From an uncultured Victivallales bacterium (GTDB lineage Bacteria; Verrucomicrobiota; Lentisphaeria; Oligosphaerales; JABHEG01): a stretch of 64,000 nucleotides of DNA. This document shows positions 9,368-17,545 of this stretch, piece after piece. Position numbers and translations under genes: made by a program. Every line of letters begins with the position of its first letter. The first letter of the stretch is position 1. Under the pieces are notes generated by a model that was given only the letters and a program-made list of their open reading frames with translations, did no database searches and was not told the origin of the DNA. The stretch is from positions 1,103 to 65,102 of the forward strand of contig CAZSNT010000035.1 in assembly GCA_964607765.1 (NCBI GenBank). Reading direction: 5' to 3'.

Positions 9368-11674
9368 ATGGACAAACTGGAAACCAGGCTATACGCAAAG
9401 CACATCCGGCCGGATACGGGGACGCGCTCGGAGTGCGATCTGTATGCCAACACATATCCCGGGCCAAGTTGGCCTTTCGGCCTGGTTCAGCCCGGGCCGG
9501 ACAACATCACGGGTGAAATTTTCGGGTGTGGCTACTCGTGTGAGCTGCGATTCATTGAGGGTTTCTCAATGATCCGCATGAGCGGGACCGGCTGGTACGG
9601 GGAGTTTGGCAACTTCCTGGTCATGCCGACCACGGGCCCATTGAACACGTATCGCGGTTCCGGAAGAGAGCTCAAACAGGATCGTCAAGTTCCGCCGAGC
9701 TGGCACTCGGAGTTCTTCCATCCCGACGAGACCATCCTGCCCGGGTACTACGGTGTGTTGCTCCATCGCTACAATATCTACTCCGAAGTTACGGCAGCGC
9801 GGCATTGCGGGATGATGCGGTTCACCTTTCCGAAGGATGAGCTCAGCCGGATTCAGATCGACCTTTCCCGGCGTATTGGCGGCACCTCCACAGAACAGGA
9901 AGTGGCTGTAGTTGACAGCAATGCCATAGAAGGTTGGATGCGCTGCGGACCGGAAGGCGGCGGCATGGGGAACGGACATCCCAAGGATCTCAAGTATACG
10001 GTCTATTTCCGCGCCGAGTTCAGTAAGCCCCTGGTGGCATTTGGCACTTGGGAGATTGATTTCCCTGAAGCGCCGAGGCGGGATCGTCTGTTCATCGAGA
10101 GCAAGGAGTACGCGGAGCTCTGCCTTAACGCAGACGTGTTCCCAGGCAGAGCTGCGGCTCACGGGCAGCATGTGGGGTTCTACACTGAATTCCAGACAGA
10201 GAAGGATGAGCAGGTGCTGCTCAAGGTCGGCATTTCCTTCGTCGACATTGAGGGGGCCCGCGCCAACCTGCGGACAGAGATTCCTCACTGGGACTTTGAT
10301 CTTGTCCGACGACAGGTTGTTGAGGCATGGGACGAGGAGCTTTCCGGCCTGGAAATTGGAGGTGCTACGGAACATGATCGCTCGGTGGCGGCCACGGCAC
10401 TCTACCATTGCTGCCTGGACCCGCGCCGGATAGATGATTGCGACGGTCGCTTTGTCGATGGCAACGGCAATGTAAGGAAGGTCGCCGAGTTCTTGCCTCG
10501 GACAGTTTTCAGCGGCTGGGATGCTTTCAGAAGCTATGTCCCGCTGATGACGTTGCTGAATCCGGAGATGGTCAATGACCAGGTAAACACCCTTCTGGAT
10601 GTGGCTGAAACGACCAACAAGGGGCTTCCAAAGTGGGAGTTAATGGGTATTGACATCGAGTGCATGGTCGGTGACCCAGCTGTCGGGACTATTGTCGATG
10701 CCTACATGAAGGGAATCCGGGATTTCGACGTTGAGTTGGCGTACCAGCTCTGCCTGGAAACAGCCTTTGGTCCCCGGACCCATCGTGATGACTGGAAACG
10801 ATACGGCGAGCTCGGCTACTGCCCGAACCGTGTATCGACGACACTTGAGAACTGCTATTTCGACTGGTGCATCTGCCAGTTTGCCAGAGCGCTGTGCCGG
10901 AGGGGCGATGTTCAGGCTTTGCTGCCGCATCAGAAGAACTATCAGAATATATACTGCCCGGAAGTTGGCCTCATGCGGGCAAGAGATGAAGAGGGAAACT
11001 GGCTTCCTTGGAAAGGCCCCACGACATTCGGCCAGGGATGCATTGAGTCGAATCCACTGCAGCAGACGTTCTTTGTTCCCCATGACCCTGTCGGATTGAT
11101 GGAGCTCATGGGCAAAGACCGTTTCTTCAATACGCTGGAAGACATGTTTGCCAAGACCCCGGCAAGCTGCTTCTGGAATCCCTACTACAATCATTCCAAC
11201 GAACCCGTACATCAGTTGATCTACATCTTCTGCTGTACCGGGCGCCCATGGCTGGCTCAGAAATGGAGCCGGTCAGTTCTCAGACATGCTTACGGACTGG
11301 GCCCGGAAGGGCTCTGCGGCATGGATGACGTCGGTCAGCTCTCTGCCTGGTATCTGCTCAGCGCCATGGGAATACACCCCTTCTGTACCGCCAGCAACAT
11401 CTACTGCATAGGCAGCCCTCTGTTCAAGGAGACCGTCTTACAGCTGAATCCAAGATTCCATGAGGGCGATGCATTACGGATTCTCGCGCACAGCAATTCG
11501 GATGACAACATCTATGTACAGAGCGCAACCATCAATGGACGGGCTCTGAACCGGGCATGGGTCACCTATGACGAACTTACCTCAGGAAGTGAGATCGAGT
11601 TTCAGATGGGACCTGAGCCGAACGAAGAGTGGGGCAGCGCACCTGAGACTTGGCCGAGTGTTCTCATAAGATGA
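9368..11674 (+). CDS. GH92 family glycosidase (alpha-mannosidase-like)
   Basis: GH92 motifs are present: 'FSGWDAFRSYVPLMTLL', 'MVGDPAVGTIVDAYMKGIRDFD', 'TLENCYFDWC', 'FVPHDPVGLMELMG', 'NHSNEPVHQLIYIF' and 'GMDDVGQLSAWYLLSAMGIHPF'. No signal peptide. Confidence 0.88.
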   Translation: MDKLETRLYAKHIRPDTGTRSECDLYANTYPGPSWPFGLVQPGPDNITGEIFGCGYSCELRFIEGFSMIRMSGTGWYGEFGNFLVMPTTGPLNTYRGSGRELKQDRQVPPSWHSEFFHPDETILPGYYGVLLHRYNIYSEVTAARHCGMMRFTFPKDELSRIQIDLSRRIGGTSTEQEVAVVDSNAIEGWMRCGPEGGGMGNGHPKDLKYTVYFRAEFSKPLVAFGTWEIDFPEAPRRDRLFIESKEYAELCLNADVFPGRAAAHGQHVGFYTEFQTEKDEQVLLKVGISFVDIEGARANLRTEIPHWDFDLVRRQVVEAWDEELSGLEIGGATEHDRSVAATALYHCCLDPRRIDDCDGRFVDGNGNVRKVAEFLPRTVFSGWDAFRSYVPLMTLLNPEMVNDQVNTLLDVAETTNKGLPKWELMGIDIECMVGDPAVGTIVDAYMKGIRDFDVELAYQLCLETAFGPRTHRDDWKRYGELGYCPNRVSTTLENCYFDWCICQFARALCRRGDVQALLPHQKNYQNIYCPEVGLMRARDEEGNWLPWKGPTTFGQGCIESNPLQQTFFVPHDPVGLMELMGKDRFFNTLEDMFAKTPASCFWNPYYNHSNEPVHQLIYIFCCTGRPWLAQKWSRSVLRHAYGLGPEGLCGMDDVGQLSAWYLLSAMGIHPFCTASNIYCIGSPLFKETVLQLNPRFHEGDALRILAHSNSDDNIYVQSATINGRALNRAWVTYDELTSGSEIEFQMGPEPNEEWGSAPETWPSVLIR

Positions 11675-11720
11675 TCGGCCAACGAGGGCGAACAATGATC
11701 CATATAAGGACATATGACCA

Positions 11721-12794
11721 ATGGCTGATCCGGTATACCTTGCTTTCATGGGAAGAGGCGAAGATCGCGTTCTGCACTGGGAGAACTTCTCCAATCCGGA
11801 CGCGGCAACGCACATTTCTGGTATTGATTATTACCAGCAGCCCAGGACCTGTATCCTGAAGGTCAATGAGATGTATCCATTTCTGCGTCTTCGGGCGCCG
11901 GCCAAAGACACGCCGATCCCCCGGCCAGAGGAACAGGAGGATACAGGAAAGGGCCGCTGGGGGGCGCACTTCCGGGACCATTGGCAGCAGGGCGAAGCAG
12001 GAAAGCGGTTTTCATCCCACGAGGAAATGCTCAAGTTCAGCCCGCTGGAACAGGGCGACTTCACAGGCTGGCACATCATGGCGGATGGCGACTATTCCAG
12101 TGAGGAGATTATCTATGAGCGACTGCGGAAGGCATACCCGCCGGAGTGGGAGGACCAGGGCCCGAAAGGGACCTTCAATTGGACTGGCTTCTACAACACC
12201 ATGTTCATGTGGCCATTGGTGCTCTTCGGCTATGAGAACTTCATGTACCTCTGCCTGGAACCCGAGTTCGAGCGCATCATGGATGAATTTGCCGAACTGA
12301 GTCGACGCGTCTTCAAGGCCATTGCCCGATTGCCCGTGAACTTCGTCTGGTGTCATGACGACATTGTCCTGGCCAACGGACCGGTGGTCTCTCCACAGTG
12401 GATGCACAAATACATCTTCCCCAGATATGAGGAGTTCTGGGGCCTCCTAAGGGCGGCGGGCAAGGAGGTCGTCTTTGTGGCGGACGGCTGTATGGATGCG
12501 TTTGCAGATGACGTTATGGCTTGCGGTGCACGTGGCATGCATACGGAGCCCTTTACTGATTTCCGCGCCATTGCCCGCAAGCACAAGGACTGTGTCCTGG
12601 CGGGCGAAGGGGATTGCCGCATTCTGATGAGCAACGACAAGCCGGCCATCCGCAAGATGGTCGAGAAGATGGTCGAGACGTCAAAGATGAGCAGGGGCTA
12701 TCTGATGGGCATTGGCAACCACATCCCCTTCAATGTGCCCCCTGAGATGGTCAAATACTACTTTGATCTGTCCGCCGAGCTGGGTCACCGGTGA
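11721..12794 (+). CDS. URO-D (uroporphyrinogen decarboxylase / MtaA-like) fold protein, subfamily A
   Basis: The C-terminal half matches the URO-D TIM-barrel pattern: 'CHDDIVLANGPVVSPQWMHKYIFPRYEEFW', 'VVFVADGCMDAFADDVMACGARGMH' and 'GYLMGIGNHIPFNVPPEMV'. The reaction cannot be inferred. Confidence 0.6.
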   Translation: MADPVYLAFMGRGEDRVLHWENFSNPDAATHISGIDYYQQPRTCILKVNEMYPFLRLRAPAKDTPIPRPEEQEDTGKGRWGAHFRDHWQQGEAGKRFSSHEEMLKFSPLEQGDFTGWHIMADGDYSSEEIIYERLRKAYPPEWEDQGPKGTFNWTGFYNTMFMWPLVLFGYENFMYLCLEPEFERIMDEFAELSRRVFKAIARLPVNFVWCHDDIVLANGPVVSPQWMHKYIFPRYEEFWGLLRAAGKEVVFVADGCMDAFADDVMACGARGMHTEPFTDFRAIARKHKDCVLAGEGDCRILMSNDKPAIRKMVEKMVETSKMSRGYLMGIGNHIPFNVPPEMVKYYFDLSAELGHR

Positions 12795-12843
12795 CAGCGG
12801 AGACGGCCGTGAAGAGAGTAGCAAAAGAGCATGAGGCCATCAT

Positions 12844-14127
12844 ATGAGCGCAATACTTGATCCGGAAAGAGACATCGCGATTGTCCAGGGGTTGGCACGA
12901 GACGTGGCCGAGATCGCCGCACTGCCGGTACAGGAAGAAAAGCGTGGGCTCTGGCGGCGCCTGAATGGCCTGCAGCCGGTCCGTCCGATGGTTACGATCA
13001 ACCAGATTTGCTGGAACGAAATGGACATTGGCGATGAACTGACTTTGCAGTGCAAGGGAAGGGAATGCCGCGGCTACGAGAGACACTTGCGGCGGATCTT
13101 GTACATGTGGCGCCATTTCCCCGTCGACATGGTAGTGGAGCCTTTCATAGATGTGCCGATGGCGGTGACCAACACGAAGTTCGGGGTTGAGCGTAAGGAC
13201 ACCACCGCCGTCTTGGATCCTACCAGTGCCGTGGTGGGGCACCTCTTTGAAAACCAGTTTCAGACGGAAGCTGATCTCGACAAAATACGTGAGCCGCGGA
13301 TCAGTCATGACAGCGCGGAAACCGAACGGCGACTTGCAGTCGCGCATGAGCTCTTTGACGGCATTCTGGATGTCAGGCGCGTCGGGTACAATCCGTACAT
13401 CGGGTTCTGGGACCCCATCGCGACCTGGATGAGCGTTCAGGATGCGCTCTATGCACTCGTCGACCGCCCCGACTTCATTCATCGCATGCTGGCCCGCATG
13501 CTTGACGGCTATCTAAGCATGCTCGATCAGCTTGAGGAGCAGGGATTGCTCTGCGGTCCGCAAGACATGATCCATTGCACCGGGGCCTATACGGATGAGT
13601 TGCCCCTGTCGGATTACAACCCGGAGAAGCCGCGGACCAAAGACATCTGGGCTTTCGGTCTGGCGCAGATGCTGGGGTCCGTGTCGTCGGCGATGTACAA
13701 GGAGTTCGAGGTCGACTACGCATCTCGGATATGCGAACGATTCGGCTTGGTTTACTACGGTTGCTGTGAGCCGTTGGACATGAAGATGGACGTGGTGCGT
13801 GAACTCCCCAATGTGCGCAAGGTGTCCATGAGCCCATGGGTGGACCAGGCGCGCGGCGCGGCTGGGATCGGCAAGGACTACGTCTACTCGCGCAAACCGA
13901 ATCCGGCGTTGCTGGCTGCCACCCGATTCGATCCCGATGCTGTGCGTCGGGACCTTGCCGAGACAATGGAGTTGTCTGCCAAATACGGCTGCCCTGTGGA
14001 GTTCATCCTGAAAGACATCAGTACGGTCTGCTACGAGCCTCAACGCCTGGAGGAGTGGGCCAAGGTTGCCATGGCGATCGTGGAGCAGGAGCAACCGGCG
14101 GAACATACCAGTGAGGTCAACACATGA
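12844..14127 (+). CDS. Distant URO-D-like TIM-barrel protein, subfamily B (paralog of 29143..30396)
   Basis: It shares 'W.RL......RP', 'YYGCCEPLD.K.D.....PN.RK.S.SPW' and 'E..LKD..TV' with 29143..30396. The URO-D fold assignment is tentative. Confidence 0.45.
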   Translation: MSAILDPERDIAIVQGLARDVAEIAALPVQEEKRGLWRRLNGLQPVRPMVTINQICWNEMDIGDELTLQCKGRECRGYERHLRRILYMWRHFPVDMVVEPFIDVPMAVTNTKFGVERKDTTAVLDPTSAVVGHLFENQFQTEADLDKIREPRISHDSAETERRLAVAHELFDGILDVRRVGYNPYIGFWDPIATWMSVQDALYALVDRPDFIHRMLARMLDGYLSMLDQLEEQGLLCGPQDMIHCTGAYTDELPLSDYNPEKPRTKDIWAFGLAQMLGSVSSAMYKEFEVDYASRICERFGLVYYGCCEPLDMKMDVVRELPNVRKVSMSPWVDQARGAAGIGKDYVYSRKPNPALLAATRFDPDAVRRDLAETMELSAKYGCPVEFILKDISTVCYEPQRLEEWAKVAMAIVEQEQPAEHTSEVNT

Positions 14128-17100
14128 GTGGATGTCCCGATGCCCTGCCCAGGACTTCCGACAGAATCCTGAGCTTTGAGACGCCGGAGGAGATGGCTCA
14201 GGTTCGAGCCACTGGGTCGACCGTCCGGCAGAGCGATACACTCGCCCGGCTCGGAACCCACAGTCTCCAGTGGGACTGGCAAGCCGGGGCGACGATCACC
14301 ATGCCGCTGTTCCACCACTATGCGAAGAAGACGAGACTATCTACCTTCCCTCAAGTCCAGTGCCTGGTAATCTGGCTCTACAATGACCGGCCGAACGCCG
14401 GCCATTTTACGCTTGAACTGGGCTCGAACGGAGCGTTCCCGATCTCCTGCAGCTTCCATCTCAACTACACCGGCTGGCGCACGGGTCACATCCCGCTGTC
14501 CCAGATGGAAGGCGGCGCGCCGCAGGCGGGGGACTACACCGAGTATGAGCATCTACGCATCTGCGTGCCCGACGACCATCCGGAATGCAGCGGCCGTCTC
14601 TTCATTGACGACGTCTACACCACGATGCTCGATGCGCGGCATCCCTCGGCCGATTACCAGGCGCCCTATGTGCGCTGCTGCTTCAACGGGGCGCCGCACG
14701 TCACTCAGTGGCTCAATCAGGCAGCCCTGCCCAGCCGGGAGGACTTGCGCATCAAGCAGATCCCGATTTCCGACGGAGATCTGCAGGCCTCCCGTCGGTT
14801 GTACGAAGCCGAACTCCAGAACCAGGTCGGCAGATTCAGCGGGGACGGGCTGAGTCCGGCGGAATGCGGAGCTGCGCTGCGGCAGCTCGAGGAACTGGGG
14901 ATTCGGGAAGTCGAGTTCGAGGACAAGACCTATCTGCAGAGCCCTTGCATCGGCCTTCGTGGGGAAGGGCTGCCGCCAAGTGTTCTCGATGCGGAAACCC
15001 GGAAGGGGCGGTTCCTGCCCGTCCATGTTTTCCAGAAGACGCTTCATGCGCTGGCCTGCTCGTACCACACCAGTACGGACGATGCTCAGCGATCTGCCTT
15101 GCGCGATGCCTTTCTCCTGGCTACACGCGCCTACCTGCAGTCCGGCTGGGCAGCCGGCAGCAACATGGGCAGCATCCACCACCTCGGATACGCCACACGA
15201 ACAGTGGCCCCCAGCTTCTTGATGATGAAACAGGAGCTCGCCGATGCCGGGCTGCTCCAGGAGGTCTCGGACAGCCTGAACTGGTACGTGGTCGCGCACG
15301 TGGTGAATGACGAGACGCACACCGACCCGGACCTCGACCTGTTCAACACCGTTCTGCAATCGCACTGCCTCGTGTCCATGCTGCGCCTGACCGAGGAGGA
15401 TTGCGCCCGACACGCCATGCTCCTGTCGCAATGGCTGTCCCGCACCGTCGCTGACGGCAGCACATGGGGCGGATTCCGGCCTGACGGCACGGCCTGGCAC
15501 CATTGGGGGCATTACCCGGCGTACACCGGAGGGGCGATTGACAGCGCCGTGAAGGTCGCCAATGCTCTGACTGGCGCAGGCTTCCCGCTCACCCCCAAAG
15601 GCCATGCTGCGCTGCAGAAGGCCGTCAAGGCGATCCTGCTCTACAGCGAGGGGAACCGGTTTCCGCGCAGTCTCTGTGGCCGCCATCCCTTGCGAGGTTC
15701 GCACAAGCGCTTCATCGAGGCCCCCTACACGGCGGCTTTCGTCGACCTGGCCCCCGTGGACGAGGAACTGCAGCGTCTGCACGCCTACCACACGGCCGAC
15801 GGCTCCATCGCGGGTCACTGGACGCTCCCCTACTCCGACCTCAGTCTCCACCGGAGAGATGACTACCTGGCCGCCGTCCGGGGCTTCGACGTCAACTGCT
15901 GGGGAGCGGAGATCTACGGGGTCGTCAACCGCTTCGGGCGCTACCAGTCCTACGGCACACTGGACATCCTGTACAAAGGAGAGCCCGCGCTTCCCTACGA
16001 AGGCTACGACTGGAACCTGAATCCAGGCACCACCATCACCTACCTGCCGCTCGAAGAGCTGGAAGCGCCCATCCCCGTCTGGATGGTCACCGCCACCACG
16101 CGCTTTGCCAACGGAGTGCACGACCGCGACCACCGCAACGGTGCCCACGGCTTTGAGCTGGACGATGCGATGTTCACCAACAAGGATCCGGGCTACGAGG
16201 AGATATCCACGAGGGAGAAGCTCACGGCCCGCAAATCCACCTTCTTCATGGACGACCTGATTCTCTGCCTCGGCACGGGCATTTCCGGGCAGCACGACGC
16301 CGCGCCGGTGTATACCGTGCTCACTCAAAGAGGGATCGACCCACCGACCGGCACGGTGGTGGTAAACGGCGAAGACGCCTCCTTTCCTTACGAACAGCAA
16401 CTCACCGGCCCTGCCACGCTCTTTGATGGCAACCGCACGGGTTTCCTGGTCATGGGCAAAGACACCCGGGTTCTGGTGAGGAAGCAGGAGCAAGTCAGCC
16501 GCGGCGATGCCGTGACGTTCATACCAGGGCGCCAGGCAAAACCCCATCGCGACAAATCCCGTGCCCCCCGCTACCTGGCGGAGACCCGCGGCAACTTCCT
16601 GTCGGCCTGCATCGATCACGGCGTACAACCCCGCGACGCCCGTTACGAGTACGTGGTGTGCCCTGGCGTGGACCGGAGCTCTTTCCAGGCCAAGGCCACA
16701 CGGCTCCAGGCGAATCCCAGGCTGTTCTACCGAATCATCTCATGGAAGAACGCGCTGCACGCCGTGCACGACGTGCGGACCGGCACGGACACCTACGTAC
16801 TCTACGAAGCTCAGGACCTGATTCCCCACGCCGCCCTGCACGCGGTGTCTGAGCCCTGCCTGCTCATGTGCAAGGAAGACGAAGCTGGCGGCTACATGCT
16901 CAGCGTCGCCCTCCCGGACCTGCACGTCACCGCCTTCTCACGAGAGCACAAACACAAGTCATTCGAGAGCCGGCCTCACGAACTGAAGCTGATCTTCGGC
17001 GGGCTCTGGACGTTGCCGGCGGACGCTCCGGATGCTGTCTGCATCGAGCAGGCAGACGGACGGACCACGGTCACCATCCGCGCCCGGCACGGGCAGTCGT

Positions 17101-17225
17101 ACCATGTCCAGCTGAACTCGGACGTGGCCCCATCGGGAAGTGTCAGGAGTTCTATGAAAAGGAAGAATCAATTCACAGGCATCCCACGGAAAAGATCAGG
17201 GCGAAGGATTGGGGCGAAGGATTAA
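14124..17225 (+). CDS. Chondroitinase-ABC-like polysaccharide lyase (PL8-type), paralog P1, no signal peptide
   Basis: Colinear with Proteus chondroitinase ABC I as I recall it. Matching segments are 'HSLQWDWQAG', 'VIWLYNDRP', 'LNYTGWR', 'GSNMGSIHHLGYATR', 'RPDGTAWHHWGHYPAY', 'CGRHPL', 'NRFGRYQSYG', 'YEGYDWNLNPGTT', 'ARKSTFFMDDLILCLGTGIS' and 'IDHGVQPRDARYEYVV'. The start overlaps the previous stop (ATGA). Confidence 0.8.
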   Translation: MSGCPDALPRTSDRILSFETPEEMAQVRATGSTVRQSDTLARLGTHSLQWDWQAGATITMPLFHHYAKKTRLSTFPQVQCLVIWLYNDRPNAGHFTLELGSNGAFPISCSFHLNYTGWRTGHIPLSQMEGGAPQAGDYTEYEHLRICVPDDHPECSGRLFIDDVYTTMLDARHPSADYQAPYVRCCFNGAPHVTQWLNQAALPSREDLRIKQIPISDGDLQASRRLYEAELQNQVGRFSGDGLSPAECGAALRQLEELGIREVEFEDKTYLQSPCIGLRGEGLPPSVLDAETRKGRFLPVHVFQKTLHALACSYHTSTDDAQRSALRDAFLLATRAYLQSGWAAGSNMGSIHHLGYATRTVAPSFLMMKQELADAGLLQEVSDSLNWYVVAHVVNDETHTDPDLDLFNTVLQSHCLVSMLRLTEEDCARHAMLLSQWLSRTVADGSTWGGFRPDGTAWHHWGHYPAYTGGAIDSAVKVANALTGAGFPLTPKGHAALQKAVKAILLYSEGNRFPRSLCGRHPLRGSHKRFIEAPYTAAFVDLAPVDEELQRLHAYHTADGSIAGHWTLPYSDLSLHRRDDYLAAVRGFDVNCWGAEIYGVVNRFGRYQSYGTLDILYKGEPALPYEGYDWNLNPGTTITYLPLEELEAPIPVWMVTATTRFANGVHDRDHRNGAHGFELDDAMFTNKDPGYEEISTREKLTARKSTFFMDDLILCLGTGISGQHDAAPVYTVLTQRGIDPPTGTVVVNGEDASFPYEQQLTGPATLFDGNRTGFLVMGKDTRVLVRKQEQVSRGDAVTFIPGRQAKPHRDKSRAPRYLAETRGNFLSACIDHGVQPRDARYEYVVCPGVDRSSFQAKATRLQANPRLFYRIISWKNALHAVHDVRTGTDTYVLYEAQDLIPHAALHAVSEPCLLMCKEDEAGGYMLSVALPDLHVTAFSREHKHKSFESRPHELKLIFGGLWTLPADAPDAVCIEQADGRTTVTIRARHGQSYHVQLNSDVAPSGSVRSSMKRKNQFTGIPRKRSGRRIGAKD

Positions 17226-17286
17226 GGGACGCGAGCGGGGCAATTGCCCTGATCTTTCGCCCTGATCTTTCGCCCTAATCTCTTCC
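17189..17286. repeat. Imperfect ~40-nt inverted repeat built from tandem 13-nt units, straddling the stop codon of P1
   Basis: The left arm is 'gatcagggcgaag gattggggcgaag gattaagggacgc'. The right arm is 'gccctgatctttc gccctgatctttc gccctaatctctt'. The arms are about 75-80% complementary by eye, with a ~18-nt loop. The stop TAA (17223-17225) lies in the left arm. Confidence 0.6.
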
Positions 17287-17421
17287 GTCGCCCCTGCGGT
17301 GCTAAGTGGGTGGCCGAAAAATGTGCAAACACGGGTCTCCGCGGCGTCCTCCGGCTTCAGGCTCACGAGGTCGCCAGAACCTACGGTTTTGAGCAGTTAT
17401 GGGATGACAGTGGAATCAATT

Positions 17422-17492
17422 GACGATTACGGACGAGGATTACGGTTGACGACCCGCCCGCTCGTGATCCGTAATCGTCGCCCGTAATCGTC
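17422..17492. promoter_or_regulatory. Near-perfect 24-nt inverted repeat (duplicated GATTACGG half-sites) about 55 nt upstream of the P2 start codon
   Basis: 'gacgattacggacgaggattacgg' is followed by 23 nt and then 'ccgtaatcgtcgcccgtaatcgtc'. 22 of 24 positions are complementary. It lies in the only long (320-nt) intergenic gap of the window. It could be an operator, a hairpin or a repeat element. Confidence 0.55.
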
Positions 17493-17545
17493 CGCCGAAT
17501 CGCGCCAGGAGAACCAATGGTCACACGGAGAGAGAGAAACTCCAG

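Noticed and set aside
14553-16628. Long minus-strand ORFs: 14553..16628 (691 aa), 24875..26779 (634 aa), 33665..35827 (720 aa), 37892..39529 (545 aa), 42190..43752 (520 aa), 52540..54162 (540 aa), 56422..58260 (612 aa), 29152..30822 (556 aa) and many shorter ones.
   Set aside because: Each lies antisense to a plus-strand gene that has strong family motifs. Their translations are Arg/Gly/Pro/Val-rich and low in complexity, as expected for stop-poor antisense frames in high-GC DNA. None shows a recognisable motif.
17226-17300. A canonical Rho-independent terminator after P1.
   Set aside because: The inverted repeat is imperfect, its left arm lies inside the coding sequence, and no U-tract follows. 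It is kept as a repeat or possible regulatory hairpin, not called as a terminator.
17299-17487. A 62-aa plus-strand ORF in the 320-nt intergenic gap.
   Set aside because: It has no ribosome-binding site and no recognisable motif. Its 3' half is simply the translation of inverted-repeat element B.
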